From an uncultured Candidatus Saccharibacteria bacterium (GTDB lineage: Bacteria; Patescibacteriota; Minisyncoccia; Phycocordibacterales; CAIZLB01), in the NCBI GenBank assembly GCA_964520545.1, contig CAZFOD010000001.1, positions 4,752 to 55,968 on the forward strand: DNA of 51,217 nt. Reading direction: 5' to 3'. Below the pieces are notes generated by a model. It had not been told where the DNA came from. It searched no databases and saw only the letters and a program-made list of their open reading frames with translations. The translations under genes were made by a program, and so were the position numbers. Positions 20,638 through 31,421 of the stretch are shown piece by piece (the stretch's first letter is position 1; each line of letters starts with the position of its first letter).

Positions 20638-21108
20638 CTAGAAAGGTGTTACCTTGCTTCCCATACCTCTACCCTGTTGCATCTTCTTTGATTCCTTTGA
20701 GTATATTGTTTCGTTTATATCAAGGCTCCATGTGAGATCTTTGAGTTTGCTTTCAGAAAGCTTAGGAACATTGAGTCCCATAACCTCTGATGCAATGTCT
20801 TCAACCTTCTCTTCTTTTTGAGGTGCTCTATTCTCTTTTTTCCAGATATATAACTTACTAGAAAAAGCATAGTTGAAAGCTGATTCTAAGACATCAAGAA
20901 AAGGTCGCCCGTTCATCTTGTAGAACGCAAGAGCCGCTCCAAGGGCAAGAGCAGGGATCATAATAAACACAGCAACATATAGAGGGAGAAATCTGTATGC
21001 GAGGAATGCTATTCCCGCTCCCCCGGCCATATATGCAAACTGCTTGAATGTGAATGGACCGAATATCTTGTCTTCGACTTCGATGAATTGAGGTACTTGA
21101 TAACGCAT
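20638..21108 (-). CDS. PrgI-family (VirB3-like) membrane protein
   Basis: VPQFIEVEDKIFGPFTFKQF, two TM helices, NGRPF. Confidence 0.8.
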   Translation of the reverse strand: MRYQVPQFIEVEDKIFGPFTFKQFAYMAGGAGIAFLAYRFLPLYVAVFIMIPALALGAALAFYKMNGRPFLDVLESAFNYAFSSKLYIWKKENRAPQKEEKVEDIASEVMGLNVPKLSESKLKDLTWSLDINETIYSKESKKMQQGRGMGSKVTPF

Positions 21109-21115
21109 GATTGTT

Positions 21116-21775
21116 CTATTCTACAACTTCTTTGTACGGATCGATACTGTGTTTGATTTCTACTGGTTTTGATACCATTGGTTGCTCTAGTTTTTGATTG
21201 AGAGTTGCTGCAATTGTGGCTACAGGTGTTGGGTTTTGGACCGCTATAGGTTGTTGTGGAACAGGCCATCCTGTAGGAAGAGGGGTTACTTTTGGAGCTA
21301 CGGGAATTGGTGGGGCAGTAGGTGTTGAAACTTTTTGTGGAACGATTGTTTCGTGAAGTGTGCCAACTGAAGGTTGAGGATTCTCCACTTCAGCGAGGAT
21401 ATCTTCAGCTTTTAGGCTTGAGTGATCTTCGGGGGCTTCCTCCTCGACGACTTCGTCTTCATCTTGAATGTTTTGCAACTCGTTTTTAATAGGCTGCATG
21501 ATTTTCGCATCAACTTCCTGAGCGATTTCTAGACTCTTTGCAGGGTCTATATTGAGCGTTTTTGTGAGATTTAAAACATAGTCTTCCGTGTCGATTTCTC
21601 CGAGCATGAGTTTGAATGTTAACTCCTCCATCATTGCAGCTTGGTCGATGTGCAGTTTCTGAGATACTTGAATTTCTTCAAGTCCGGATAAGTAGTCGGT
21701 ATTAACAACCGCCTCTCGCACATCGAGTGGAAGGTCTTTTAGTTTTTCACGAAAGTAAGAAAGTCCTGTTGTCAT
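21116..21775 (-). CDS. hypothetical protein, Pro-rich tail ending DPYKE
   Basis: 219 aa ORF in operon. Confidence 0.75.
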   Translation of the reverse strand: MTTGLSYFREKLKDLPLDVREAVVNTDYLSGLEEIQVSQKLHIDQAAMMEELTFKLMLGEIDTEDYVLNLTKTLNIDPAKSLEIAQEVDAKIMQPIKNELQNIQDEDEVVEEEAPEDHSSLKAEDILAEVENPQPSVGTLHETIVPQKVSTPTAPPIPVAPKVTPLPTGWPVPQQPIAVQNPTPVATIAATLNQKLEQPMVSKPVEIKHSIDPYKEVVE

Positions 21776-21789
21776 TTTTTTAATTATAC

Positions 21790-24498
21790 TTAAGTTGTAG
21801 GTTCTTGCTGTAATTTATCAACCGAATCAAGATGTGTGAGAACTTTTTCTTCCAAGGATTCTTTTCTCTTGTAAAGATTGTTGAGCTTTGTACTTTCTTT
21901 TGCGATTTCGCCGGCAGAAGCACCCACCACCTTGATTGCAGCTTCAGATGCGGCGATATCTGCCTGAATCGCGCTTAATTTACCGCCGGCTATGAATGTT
22001 CCCTCATTAATCTTTTTCTTAAGAGCAAGAAGTCTGGTTGTATCAATGCTCTGCTCCTTGTGATCAACCCCAGGCTTACTTGGATCGTGAAGCTCGGCTT
22101 TCGCTTCGGCAGATCCTATGATGTCATCGATGTTCTCAAGATATGCTTTCTTTCGAGTAACCTTATCAACTGTACTTTTACCCTTCTTTTTAAGCTCAGA
22201 AATGTATTTCTGCTGAGCTTCTCTAAATCCTCGTGCATCAGCTCTTGATATGGCTGTAGTAAATGGTGTTGATGCTGATAGGAAATTACCCTTATCATCA
22301 ACCTTGATACCCAAGGAAGCATTTTTTCTCGCTGTCCCTGCTGCTTTTTGATTTGTTTCATATTTTGCTCTTTTTGCTGAATACTTTGTCCCGTCTTCAA
22401 ACCATCTCTGGGATCGGTACGTGTTGCTTCCTGAAGCAAATTCAGCAACTTGCTCTCTTCTCTTTTGTCTGTCGTTGACGGCTTGTTCAAAGCCTTTCTT
22501 TGTTCCAAACTTTGCCGCTCCAACCTTGTCTAGACCAGTTTTAATGATGCCTCCTCCAGGCAGTCTCGCGGCTATAGATCTCATTGTGTTGCTATTAGCG
22601 GCTGCATAAGCTGTGCCTCCAATGACTCCACGAGCAGCTACGCCCGCTGCGCCAATAGTAGCTCCTCGTGCTACCCCTCGTGCTGTATCCTTTCCCCACC
22701 CTGCTATTTTCCTACCCATACTCATTACTCCAGATGATGCATATCCTCCAAATGAAGTTGCGGCTGTGAGAGACATGACCATGAAACCTATGATCATGAT
22801 GAAACTAATTGCGGTACTAACTCCGACTGATGTATTTCCCGCAAAAAGAGCTGCAAAGTTTCCACCCTTTGGACCTGATTTCATGAGTAAAATCACAAGG
22901 TATGTAAGTGCCATGTATGCAGGAGCGAACAATGCTTGAGACCAAAGTTTAGACCACCACTTCCCTGACAAGCTGTTGAGGTGTCCACTTGGAATTGCCT
23001 TAGACATGAATGCAATAGGTGCCGTTGTCATGAGGAACACGAATATGATTGCTCTATAGAAGAACAATATTGTTGCAGCAAAGAACATAAATGCTGTTAT
23101 GAGAATCAAAATAGTTCCTCCGAAGGTTACGAGCATAATGTTCCATGAGTTGGAATTTAACCAACTCACTTTTCCATCAGAGGCCTGTGTTGCTGCGCTA
23201 CCATTGCCAGAACTAGCCGACTGCCCGCTTCCTATGGTGTATAGCGTAGTAAGATTTAATCCTCGAATAAATTGCGCCGCGATACCCGTCGCATCACCTG
23301 ATGTTGGAGCTTTACTAATGTCGTCACCATTCATTTGCGCGTAAAACTGTAGAGTAACGATGTTTGAGGCGTCTATAATGACCTTTGTAAAGAAAAGGCT
23401 GAAGTTTATGAGCACGGCAGCCATCAAAATGCTCGGTATTAGTGACTTAGAACCTAGCTTGCTGTTGTTCAAGATTGTTCCAATGGAAATGAATAGCAAG
23501 ATGAATATAAAGAAGAGATTTGAAATGTCTCTAAACATACCCCAGCCAACAGTAATAAACGTTGATTTTTCAACGATGTCTTTGAATCCAGAGCCGAGTG
23601 TGTAATCAAGAGTTTTGTCAAAAATGATTGCTGATGCCCAAAGAATCCAAGCCGCTCCCTTTAGAATAATATTACCTATCATCGCAAAACATCCCGAGAA
23701 GTTTATGGTTGGTAGTGTTACTCCTCTTATGCCCACTTTTCCATCCGAACCAATACAATATATTGCTTCCGCATCTCCTTGCGGGGGATCAATTCTACTT
23801 CTTGCAGCAGCATTTGTTTTAGCCGCCAATACAGCCCATTTTTCCTCAAGAGCTTTAATTTTTGCATCAACCTCTGTCGTATCTTCATCGTTATTAATCG
23901 CCTGCTCCCTTGCGTCTTTAGCAGCATCAATTTGTCTTCGGACATCCAGTCTTTCATCTGTCTGCGCCTTTATTGCTGCGTCACTATTATTCTTACTCAT
24001 TACGGTTGTATATGGATCAGTAGAGGTATCACCTGTAGCTTGTGCAATTGTATTTACCGCTGCTTGTTGGTTCGCAACGTTCGTATTAGGGATTGGACTT
24101 TTTAGAGACCTATATTGTCCATCGATTCCGATTACTCCTACTAGCGCATCCTTTGAATTGTCTCTTATTGCACCACCTTCGATATCAGGCGAACCTTTGC
24201 TAAAGATTGTGTATGTTTTTCCATCGGTTACGTAGTAATACCCTCCAGCACCAATATCAGAAGTACCTTTACTGGTGTCTTCATTGTAAATTGCCTTGAT
24301 GTTGTTAACGGAAAGAATGCCATTATTCTTTAGATCAATTTGTGTTGTGGGACTATTAAAACTATTTACGGTTATTACCTCTTTTCCATCATTAAGATTA
24401 ATAGTTAGAGCCTCCGTTTTTAAAGGAAAAAAAGTAAAAGCTAACGACATCACTAAGATGCCAAAAAAGAAAGCTCCGATTTTTTTTCCGGTGAGCAT
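21790..24498 (-). CDS. VirB6/TrbL-like polytopic membrane protein
   Basis: 902 aa; GW..FRDI.N, LINFSLFFTKVIIDASN, many TM helices, Gly/Ala-rich then coiled-coil tail. Confidence 0.65.
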   Translation of the reverse strand: MLTGKKIGAFFFGILVMSLAFTFFPLKTEALTINLNDGKEVITVNSFNSPTTQIDLKNNGILSVNNIKAIYNEDTSKGTSDIGAGGYYYVTDGKTYTIFSKGSPDIEGGAIRDNSKDALVGVIGIDGQYRSLKSPIPNTNVANQQAAVNTIAQATGDTSTDPYTTVMSKNNSDAAIKAQTDERLDVRRQIDAAKDAREQAINNDEDTTEVDAKIKALEEKWAVLAAKTNAAARSRIDPPQGDAEAIYCIGSDGKVGIRGVTLPTINFSGCFAMIGNIILKGAAWILWASAIIFDKTLDYTLGSGFKDIVEKSTFITVGWGMFRDISNLFFIFILLFISIGTILNNSKLGSKSLIPSILMAAVLINFSLFFTKVIIDASNIVTLQFYAQMNGDDISKAPTSGDATGIAAQFIRGLNLTTLYTIGSGQSASSGNGSAATQASDGKVSWLNSNSWNIMLVTFGGTILILITAFMFFAATILFFYRAIIFVFLMTTAPIAFMSKAIPSGHLNSLSGKWWSKLWSQALFAPAYMALTYLVILLMKSGPKGGNFAALFAGNTSVGVSTAISFIMIIGFMVMSLTAATSFGGYASSGVMSMGRKIAGWGKDTARGVARGATIGAAGVAARGVIGGTAYAAANSNTMRSIAARLPGGGIIKTGLDKVGAAKFGTKKGFEQAVNDRQKRREQVAEFASGSNTYRSQRWFEDGTKYSAKRAKYETNQKAAGTARKNASLGIKVDDKGNFLSASTPFTTAISRADARGFREAQQKYISELKKKGKSTVDKVTRKKAYLENIDDIIGSAEAKAELHDPSKPGVDHKEQSIDTTRLLALKKKINEGTFIAGGKLSAIQADIAASEAAIKVVGASAGEIAKESTKLNNLYKRKESLEEKVLTHLDSVDKLQQEPTT

Positions 24499-24560
24499 AA
24501 ATGTAGTTCAATTATATAGCTCTAGTGCTATATATACAACAAACTTTTCCTCTGTTTTTG

Positions 24561-25715
24561 TTAATTCTCCTTGTCTCCTTCGAGTACCTCATTAAGGGCA
24601 ACCTTAATTAAGCTGTTGATGAGTACGGTTACGAGTTGATCAAACTTTTGTGCAAGTACTAGACGATCTTTTGGAATTCCAAGACTTTTCTCAAGAGAGC
24701 TCTGGACAAGTGTTCCTGGGGTATCGGTGACGCAACTTTCGGGCCTAGTCTTGTCCTCACAGTGCTTGAAGTTAAGGAATCCGTTGTTCCAACCTAGTTC
24801 AAGTTGAGCAGTGTTGTTTTTTGCTGCAACACGAGCATACAACTCGTCACTTCCTAGAATATATGAACCGTTGAAGTTGTTTGAGTCGTTTTGAGTCACT
24901 GTAAACCAGTCTTGGTAGAAGTTTTCGTCTTCGAAGTTGTTGTTTACGAATGATTCAAAGTTCCCTACTATTTTGTCGAGACTACAACTAAGGCGTCTTC
25001 CTCCCCCATTGGTACCATATGCTTTGGCTAGATTTATACCTATTTGCACCCTAAATGGCTGACAAACATTTATTCCTCCCTTAGCAACACCACTTACAAT
25101 TTCTTGAATAAATGCTCCAGCTTCTTGATCCGCAAGGCTAGTAAAGAACTGTTCTGGGTTGTCTATGAAGGCAGGGTTTCCATTAAACCCAGTCTTTGCC
25201 CACTCAATAGTTGCATCAATGAGATACTCAATGATTGTGTTAATTACACACCACGCAATAGAGTCCCAGCTAGGCTGTGTAATTGTGAAGCCTGTAGGGT
25301 CAAGTGTTCCTGTACTCGCCGCTGTGCCTGTTCGTGATTGTGCTTCAAGTTGTGTTCCGTCAGCTGTGATTGGAACTCGAGGTGCTCCTGTTGTGGAAAC
25401 ACCCGTTGATCCTAATAGCGCGTTGATTCCCGATGAAATTGCTGATGTAAGGAGTTGGCCGAGAATTTGTCCTGCTGAGCATGCAATTGCGCCCCCTGCT
25501 ATGTTTGCCGCTGCACCGCTCGAATTAATACTTCTATTCTGATCTATTCCCTGTGTATATGCTCTGGCTTGAGCGTTCTCTGTCTGATTTGTTGAAGTGA
25601 TTCCTACTGTTTCAGTTGCAGAGAAAGCAATTTTAGGAGCGGCAGCAAAACCACTTCCAATGATGATTGAGAGGATTAGAAAGAATGAAATAGTGCGTTG
25701 AAAGAATCTTCTCAT
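24561..25715 (-). CDS. exported hypothetical protein of the T4SS-like cluster
   Basis: signal peptide, Cys pairs, W...GF.GNP.F. Confidence 0.75.
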   Translation of the reverse strand: MRRFFQRTISFFLILSIIIGSGFAAAPKIAFSATETVGITSTNQTENAQARAYTQGIDQNRSINSSGAAANIAGGAIACSAGQILGQLLTSAISSGINALLGSTGVSTTGAPRVPITADGTQLEAQSRTGTAASTGTLDPTGFTITQPSWDSIAWCVINTIIEYLIDATIEWAKTGFNGNPAFIDNPEQFFTSLADQEAGAFIQEIVSGVAKGGINVCQPFRVQIGINLAKAYGTNGGGRRLSCSLDKIVGNFESFVNNNFEDENFYQDWFTVTQNDSNNFNGSYILGSDELYARVAAKNNTAQLELGWNNGFLNFKHCEDKTRPESCVTDTPGTLVQSSLEKSLGIPKDRLVLAQKFDQLVTVLINSLIKVALNEVLEGDKEN

Positions 25716-25721
25716 TGGTCT

Positions 25722-26582
25722 TTATTGGCCCGATGATGTGGCAGCACCAAAAGCTGTCCAGAAAAATCCAGGCTCTGTTTTGTTAAATAGTATACCACTG
25801 GTTCCTAGGTATGTTCCGATTTGTGTGAACATCTCATGCTGTTGCTCAACTGTTTCCTTGTATTGTCGTAGTCCAATCAATGACTTCAAAGGGTCTTTGT
25901 CTTGTTCCATTATCATTTTAAAGTTTTCTCCAGAGAGAATGTATCCATTCGCTATGACGAGGTGTTCAGCCGCGACTGTTACAGGAACTTCCATCTTGAT
26001 CAGTCTCTCGCCTATTACTGCATATATTTTTCCTATTTCTAGGAGGTTGTCTTGGTAATAGCTAGGATTATCTTGTATCTTTTTTATTTCCTCAGCTTGT
26101 ATCTGGGCAAAAAGATTAGCATATGTTTTGAGAAATGCAGGAGTATTAATTCCTGTTACTTTGAGATCGCTCGCTGTATATTTTTCTTTTGGGAGTTGTT
26201 TTACATCTATATTCGCTAAAGCATTGTTTATCAACGCCTCGTTCTGCGACTCTGATTCTGTGCCAGCTTGCACTTGAATATATGAGGTAAAGAAGTTTTT
26301 AGAGAGTTGGTTTGTGAGTGTGTCACCGGCAACAGGAGCGAAAGGATTTGTTGAGCTAGAGCTTATCGTAGCAAGCTCTGCTTGCTGAAGAGCACCAAGG
26401 AGTTTGCTAGTTGAATTACTTGCTGATGCATTCTGGTTTGAATTTGTCGATGCAATGATGCCCTTTTGAGATGTCTCAAGATTTGCTCGTGCAGCTTGTG
26501 CAATTTTGTACGCCCCCACCCCTCCAATGATTGAAAGGCATACTGCGCCGAGGATGAGAATGTTTTTTCCAGGAAGGGTCAT
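25722..26582 (-). CDS. membrane-anchored hypothetical protein
   Basis: 286 aa with N-terminal TM. Confidence 0.75.
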   Translation of the reverse strand: MTLPGKNILILGAVCLSIIGGVGAYKIAQAARANLETSQKGIIASTNSNQNASASNSTSKLLGALQQAELATISSSSTNPFAPVAGDTLTNQLSKNFFTSYIQVQAGTESESQNEALINNALANIDVKQLPKEKYTASDLKVTGINTPAFLKTYANLFAQIQAEEIKKIQDNPSYYQDNLLEIGKIYAVIGERLIKMEVPVTVAAEHLVIANGYILSGENFKMIMEQDKDPLKSLIGLRQYKETVEQQHEMFTQIGTYLGTSGILFNKTEPGFFWTAFGAATSSGQ

Positions 26583-26634
26583 GATACAAGAAGTATATCA
26601 AATTTCCGCACAACATTTTCCTTTCCTGTTGAAA

Positions 26635-27417
26635 CTATTTTCTAGTCGCTAGAGTCAGTAGTTTCCAGTCTTCTTGTGTTATATCCTCAGCTCTTGCCAT
26701 TGGAGAAAGCCCTATTTTTACAAGCACCTCGTCTGAAATATCTAAATTGGCACGTAGAAGCTTCCTTTTGTGAGCAAAACCCGCTTTTAAGGTCTTGAAG
26801 AAGTCATCTTCTGATATTAATGGCTCGCTGGTGAAATATTCCTTTGATATGTTTTTTACGCAAAGTATCGCGGAATCCACATTAGGAGCAGGAACAAAGG
26901 CCCCAGCAGGGACATAGTCGACAATACGGGGGTTACCATAGGCTTTTACGCTCATAGAAAGGATGCTTTCCTTCTTGTCTCTAGCTAGAATTCTCACCGC
27001 AACCTCCTTTTGGACTAGAACTACGGCTAATTTAGGCGGCATTTCACCTCCTAGGATGATGGGAAGTAGTGCCCCGGTTATGTAGTAAGGAATGTTAGCG
27101 ACAACTTTAAAGTTCCCAGCGCTTAACCCTAGGTTTTCGAATGATATTTCAAGCGCGTCTCCGTGAATGAGCTTAAACTGGCCGTTTTCAAGCTCTTTTT
27201 GGAACTTTTCATTTAAAACTGGTATTAAACGGTCATCTTTCTCTACAGCAATCACCTTAACCCCCTTTTCAAGCAGTTCTTTCGTAAGCACACCTTCTCC
27301 AGGGCCAATTTCTACTACAATATCATTTGGGGTGAGTTCTGCAGCTTCTACAATCTGCCTGAGTGCTTTAGTAGATCGTAGAAAGTTCTGCCCGAGTGAT
27401 TTTTTTGCGAATATCAT
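26635..27417 (-). CDS. rsmA: 16S rRNA m6,2A dimethyltransferase
   Basis: KKSLGQNFL, EIGPGEG, VANIPYYIT, P.P.VDSA. Confidence 0.95.
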   Translation of the reverse strand: MIFAKKSLGQNFLRSTKALRQIVEAAELTPNDIVVEIGPGEGVLTKELLEKGVKVIAVEKDDRLIPVLNEKFQKELENGQFKLIHGDALEISFENLGLSAGNFKVVANIPYYITGALLPIILGGEMPPKLAVVLVQKEVAVRILARDKKESILSMSVKAYGNPRIVDYVPAGAFVPAPNVDSAILCVKNISKEYFTSEPLISEDDFFKTLKAGFAHKRKLLRANLDISDEVLVKIGLSPMARAEDITQEDWKLLTLATRK

Positions 27418-27448
27418 GAGTTGTAGAGCCATAGTGGCTGATTTTTAT

Positions 27449-29479
27449 CTAAAAATCAATGAAAATTGATTTGATGCCAGTTGCCCTCTCTTGCTGTTCG
27501 ATGTGTGATTGATCAATGTCGGCGATGAACTCTGATGGAAGATTCACTTGTTTACTGCCGAAAATGGTGCGTACATTTGAATATGCAAGATATAGTTTCT
27601 TTCTGGCGCGGGTGAGGGCTACATAGAAAAGTCTTCGCTCCTCTTCTTGTTCCTCGGGAGATAGAGATTCTTCATTCCCTCGTACGTGAGGAAAGAGTTC
27701 TTGTTCGAGTCCTGTGATGAATACGTAATCAAACTCAAGACCTTTTGATGCGTGCACTGTCATGAGTTTTACAGCGGGTTCATTTTTTTCAAGATTATCT
27801 TGATCACTTGCAAGAGCTGCTTCCTCCAAAAGCTTTTCCATACCTGGAGTGTAGTTCGGAACACTTCCGATTTCTGTCTGTCCCACTTCCTGATCTTCAA
27901 TCATCAAATCATATTTACCTGCGAGTGACACAAGTTCTTGCACGTTCTCTAATCGATCATCATCAGCTTCTTTCCCAAACTTCAACATGTCTTCCATTCC
28001 AGATTCCTTGATGATGAATTTAATTACCTCAGATGTTTTTTCTGTTTTTATTTTCTTCTCTATCTTCCCTAAAAGATTTCTAAATTCAACAACTTTCATT
28101 CTTGTTGCTGCAGGTAAGTCCGCTTCTCTTCCCTCCAATATTTTCAGAAGACTTACCTTGCCTATACCTCGTGCTGGTGTGTTGATGATGCGTTTAACAT
28201 CTGCCATAGATTCAGGATTCAGCGCTGCTCGTGCATATGACAACACATCCTTTACTTCTTTTCGTTCGAAGAATTTAGTTCCGAGTAGTTGATATGGAAG
28301 ACTTCGAGTGAGGAAAGCTTCTTCAAGTGCACGTGATTGAAAGTTCGCTCGATACAATACTGCAATTTCTTCAGCTGGAACCCCCTCTTTTAGAAGATCT
28401 CGAATCGTGTTTGCAACGAAGCTTGCCTCGTCTCCTTCATCGTATGCGCTATATATTGAAACTTTTTCACCCTCAATATTTTTTGTGAAAAGATTTTTTT
28501 TCTTTCTGTATATATTCTTTGAGATGATAGCGTTAGCAACAGCGAGAATTGTTTGAGTGGATCTATAGTTTTCTTCAAGGAGAACAACTTTAGCTTCAGG
28601 ATAGTCTTCTTCAAATCGCAAAATGTTTTTTAAGTTTGCTCCTCTCCATCCGTATATCAATTGATCTGGATCACCGACAACTGCAATGTTTCTTGCTGGT
28701 CCGACAAGCATTCTTGATAGGGTATATTGTACTTCGTTTGTATCTTGATATTCATCTATGCTTAGATATTTCCAGCGTTTTTGATAGTGTTGGCGTACCT
28801 GTTCATTTGAAGCTAAGAGCGATGTTGCTTTAAATAGAAGATCATCGAAGTCTAGTGCCTTATCTTTCTTTAAAAGTGCATCATAGTTTTTCCATATCTC
28901 TGCCACAATTGCCCCCATATATTCATCGCTATTTTTTGCTTCATATTCAAGCTGCGATACAAAGTTCCCTTTCTCTCGGGAAATGATACCAAGCATTTTA
29001 CTCGGCTCGAATTTCTTGGGGTCCTGCCCCGCCATAGTGATTGCCTCCTTAATTGCTGAGCGAGAATCTGAACGGTCATAGATTGCAAAATGACGAGGAA
29101 CACCAATTAGCGTTCCAAATTCTTTTATAATAAGCACTCCTAAAGAGTGGAATGTTGAGAGAAAAGGTCTGCCCTTCCCTGAATTTCCATAGAGAGCCTG
29201 GGTTGAAATTGGTAAATTGAGATCTCGATCCTCATTTATCAATTTCATTACACGTTCTCGCATCTCTTTTGCTGCTTTGTTCGTGAATGTTATGGCTAGA
29301 ATTTCTTCTGGGTTAACTCCATTTTTAATCAGGTGAAGTATTCGATGAGTGATTGTTTTTGTTTTTCCTGCACCTGCACCAGCAAGTATTAAAAGCGGCC
29401 CCTCTGTTGATTGGACCGCTTCTAATTGCTTGTCGTTTAGTCCGTGAAGATGTTTTGCAACGTTATTGTGATCGTTCAT
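27449..29479 (-). CDS. pcrA: UvrD/PcrA superfamily 1 helicase
   Basis: AGAGAGKT, TFTNKAA, DEYQD, VGDPDQ, ENYRS, MTVHASKGLEF, EERRLFYVALTRA. Confidence 0.93.
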   Translation of the reverse strand: MNDHNNVAKHLHGLNDKQLEAVQSTEGPLLILAGAGAGKTKTITHRILHLIKNGVNPEEILAITFTNKAAKEMRERVMKLINEDRDLNLPISTQALYGNSGKGRPFLSTFHSLGVLIIKEFGTLIGVPRHFAIYDRSDSRSAIKEAITMAGQDPKKFEPSKMLGIISREKGNFVSQLEYEAKNSDEYMGAIVAEIWKNYDALLKKDKALDFDDLLFKATSLLASNEQVRQHYQKRWKYLSIDEYQDTNEVQYTLSRMLVGPARNIAVVGDPDQLIYGWRGANLKNILRFEEDYPEAKVVLLEENYRSTQTILAVANAIISKNIYRKKKNLFTKNIEGEKVSIYSAYDEGDEASFVANTIRDLLKEGVPAEEIAVLYRANFQSRALEEAFLTRSLPYQLLGTKFFERKEVKDVLSYARAALNPESMADVKRIINTPARGIGKVSLLKILEGREADLPAATRMKVVEFRNLLGKIEKKIKTEKTSEVIKFIIKESGMEDMLKFGKEADDDRLENVQELVSLAGKYDLMIEDQEVGQTEIGSVPNYTPGMEKLLEEAALASDQDNLEKNEPAVKLMTVHASKGLEFDYVFITGLEQELFPHVRGNEESLSPEEQEEERRLFYVALTRARKKLYLAYSNVRTIFGSKQVNLPSEFIADIDQSHIEQQERATGIKSIFIDF

Positions 29480-29520
29480 TGCGAATCACTATATCACAGG
29501 CATCTATGTGACTGATATCT

Positions 29521-29826
29521 TTACTCGGAGTGTTTTAAAAGGTCGAGTTTTACTTCGGCTAGTTTTAACTTTTCATCAGTAAGTTTTTCTGCTTTGTTTG
29601 CTTTCTCAAGTAGTTCAATGGTCTCATCAAGACTTTTAATATATTCCTTGTTAACCGCATGCATTGCTTTTAGATATGCGTTTGAAATCTTTGTATATAT
29701 CTCCCCCTTCTCTTCTTCTGTAAGTTCTCCAGCGGTTACTTCATCGAGTAATTTCTTCGCTTGTATGAAGTCTCCTGTTTCGATATACTTTTCTAACTGA
29801 TCTATGTTGAGTTCTGGGATGGGCAT
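29521..29826 (-). CDS. hypothetical helical protein
   Basis: 101 aa ORF co-oriented with neighbours. Confidence 0.65.
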   Translation of the reverse strand: MPIPELNIDQLEKYIETGDFIQAKKLLDEVTAGELTEEEKGEIYTKISNAYLKAMHAVNKEYIKSLDETIELLEKANKAEKLTDEKLKLAEVKLDLLKHSE

Positions 29827-29834
29827 GATAGTAA

Positions 29835-31043
29835 TTATATCTTCGCAGTTTCTACCTTTTTAATCAAATGAGATAGCAACAATGCTTGAGCACGACTGAA
29901 CTTCTCAAGCTTCTCCAGCTTTTCTTTTAGTTTTTCAACAACAAATGTTTTTGTCTCTGCCTTTCCTTTTGAACCAAGCTGCTCTCTGTTTATCAACTTG
30001 ACCAGACTCTTCTCAAGTTTGGTGTACTGGTTTGATTCATCAAGATTAACTTCAGAGAGAGCTTTGTCAATTTCTTTGTTTGCCACTTTTTCTGCCTGTG
30101 CATCGATTTGTTTTTGCAATGCTTCTGCCTCATCATCTTCTAGATATGCAAAGGAAAGATTTGAATCTCGGAGTTCGTTGATACGGGAAACTCTTCGCTG
30201 TTCAGCATCGATATCCCCCAGGCTCGCATCTTTGTTGGCGAGCATGCTGTTAATCTGTGAGTTTACTCGAGCTTTTGCTGCTGCATGTATCTCTTTCGAG
30301 AAATCTCCTTGCTGGAGAATGGAGGCTTTCACATCTAAACATCGATCGAGAATGTTAACCCTGTCAGCTTGTAGCTGTGCAATCTCAACATCAATACCAG
30401 CAGTTGTGCCGGCATCTACTGCGATTCGCTCTCCATCAGTTACCAGATTAGTTATCTCCTGCTCAACTGCAATTTTTGCAGTTCCCTCGCTCCAGAATCC
30501 TTTGGAAAACCATGCGCCTCCAAGGCCGGATAGGTTTCGCCATTGTGTTTTATTCTTAACGTTCATGAATTCCTTAGACTTTCCTTCGTCGATGACAGCT
30601 TGGTATCCTTCTCTCTTTTTCTTAAGGAATTCTTTTACATCCGCCTCTCTCTTTTTTGTTAGCTCCGCAATTTTAGCTTCCTTTTCCTTTATTTCCTTCT
30701 GATCTTTCCTTACCTGCTCAAGGTTTCTCATTACCTCGGCAATTTTCTCCGGGTTATTTATTCTGTTGGCCTCTAGGTAGTTTTGAATAGATTTAAAGTC
30801 AGCATCTTCATATTTAATGATACCAGCTGCATCTTCGCGAAAAAGTGACTTTAGATCATTACTGAAGCTTTCTAGGTTTTTGTATGTTTCAAAAAGAAGC
30901 TTGCCGGGATCATCTTGTTTTTCAAGGCTTTCCTGCAATTTTGCTGTATCAATTCCTTTCTCGTCCCCTACCTCTGCCGCATACTTTGCAAACCCTGCCG
31001 TATCTAGTGCTTTTTCAGCAAAATCTTTTTCTGGGGATGTCAT
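29835..31043 (-). CDS. hypothetical coiled-coil protein
   Basis: about 400 aa, K/E-rich; start uncertain. Confidence 0.7.
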   Translation of the reverse strand: MTSPEKDFAEKALDTAGFAKYAAEVGDEKGIDTAKLQESLEKQDDPGKLLFETYKNLESFSNDLKSLFREDAAGIIKYEDADFKSIQNYLEANRINNPEKIAEVMRNLEQVRKDQKEIKEKEAKIAELTKKREADVKEFLKKKREGYQAVIDEGKSKEFMNVKNKTQWRNLSGLGGAWFSKGFWSEGTAKIAVEQEITNLVTDGERIAVDAGTTAGIDVEIAQLQADRVNILDRCLDVKASILQQGDFSKEIHAAAKARVNSQINSMLANKDASLGDIDAEQRRVSRINELRDSNLSFAYLEDDEAEALQKQIDAQAEKVANKEIDKALSEVNLDESNQYTKLEKSLVKLINREQLGSKGKAETKTFVVEKLKEKLEKLEKFSRAQALLLSHLIKKVETAKI

Positions 31044-31103
31044 AAGGGTATTTATTACCACCTGATTGTACGCTGACCTGATTTTTGTGTCCAGATGGAT
31101 TCC

Positions 31104-31409
31104 CTATGCCGCAACAGACATTGCTTTTCTAACGCTTTCAATTTGAGTATCAGTCTTCTCTTTTATTATCTGCTCCAATGTAGGCACTTTCTCTGTGAGG
31201 AATTTTTCCATTTTCTCCTGATCGGTTCCTTTTGTAAGCTCATCAAAAGTCGCGCTGTCTTCATCAGAAAGTAGTGAAACTATTTCAAATGTCACCGATT
31301 TAAGTACATTCTCTCCAAGCTGAGCGATGATTTGATCCTGAACATCTGTTGGAACTCCCTCGAGATTCATTTTTTTTACAAGATCATTTCTGTCTAAGGT
31401 TTTGTTCAT
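31104..31409 (-). CDS. small hypothetical protein (DUF5663-like, typical of CPR)
   Basis: 101 aa; L.G.P...QD.II...LS.ED...F pattern. Confidence 0.6.
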   Translation of the reverse strand: MNKTLDRNDLVKKMNLEGVPTDVQDQIIAQLGENVLKSVTFEIVSLLSDEDSATFDELTKGTDQEKMEKFLTEKVPTLEQIIKEKTDTQIESVRKAMSVAA

Positions 31410-31421
31410 GTGGTAAGTATA

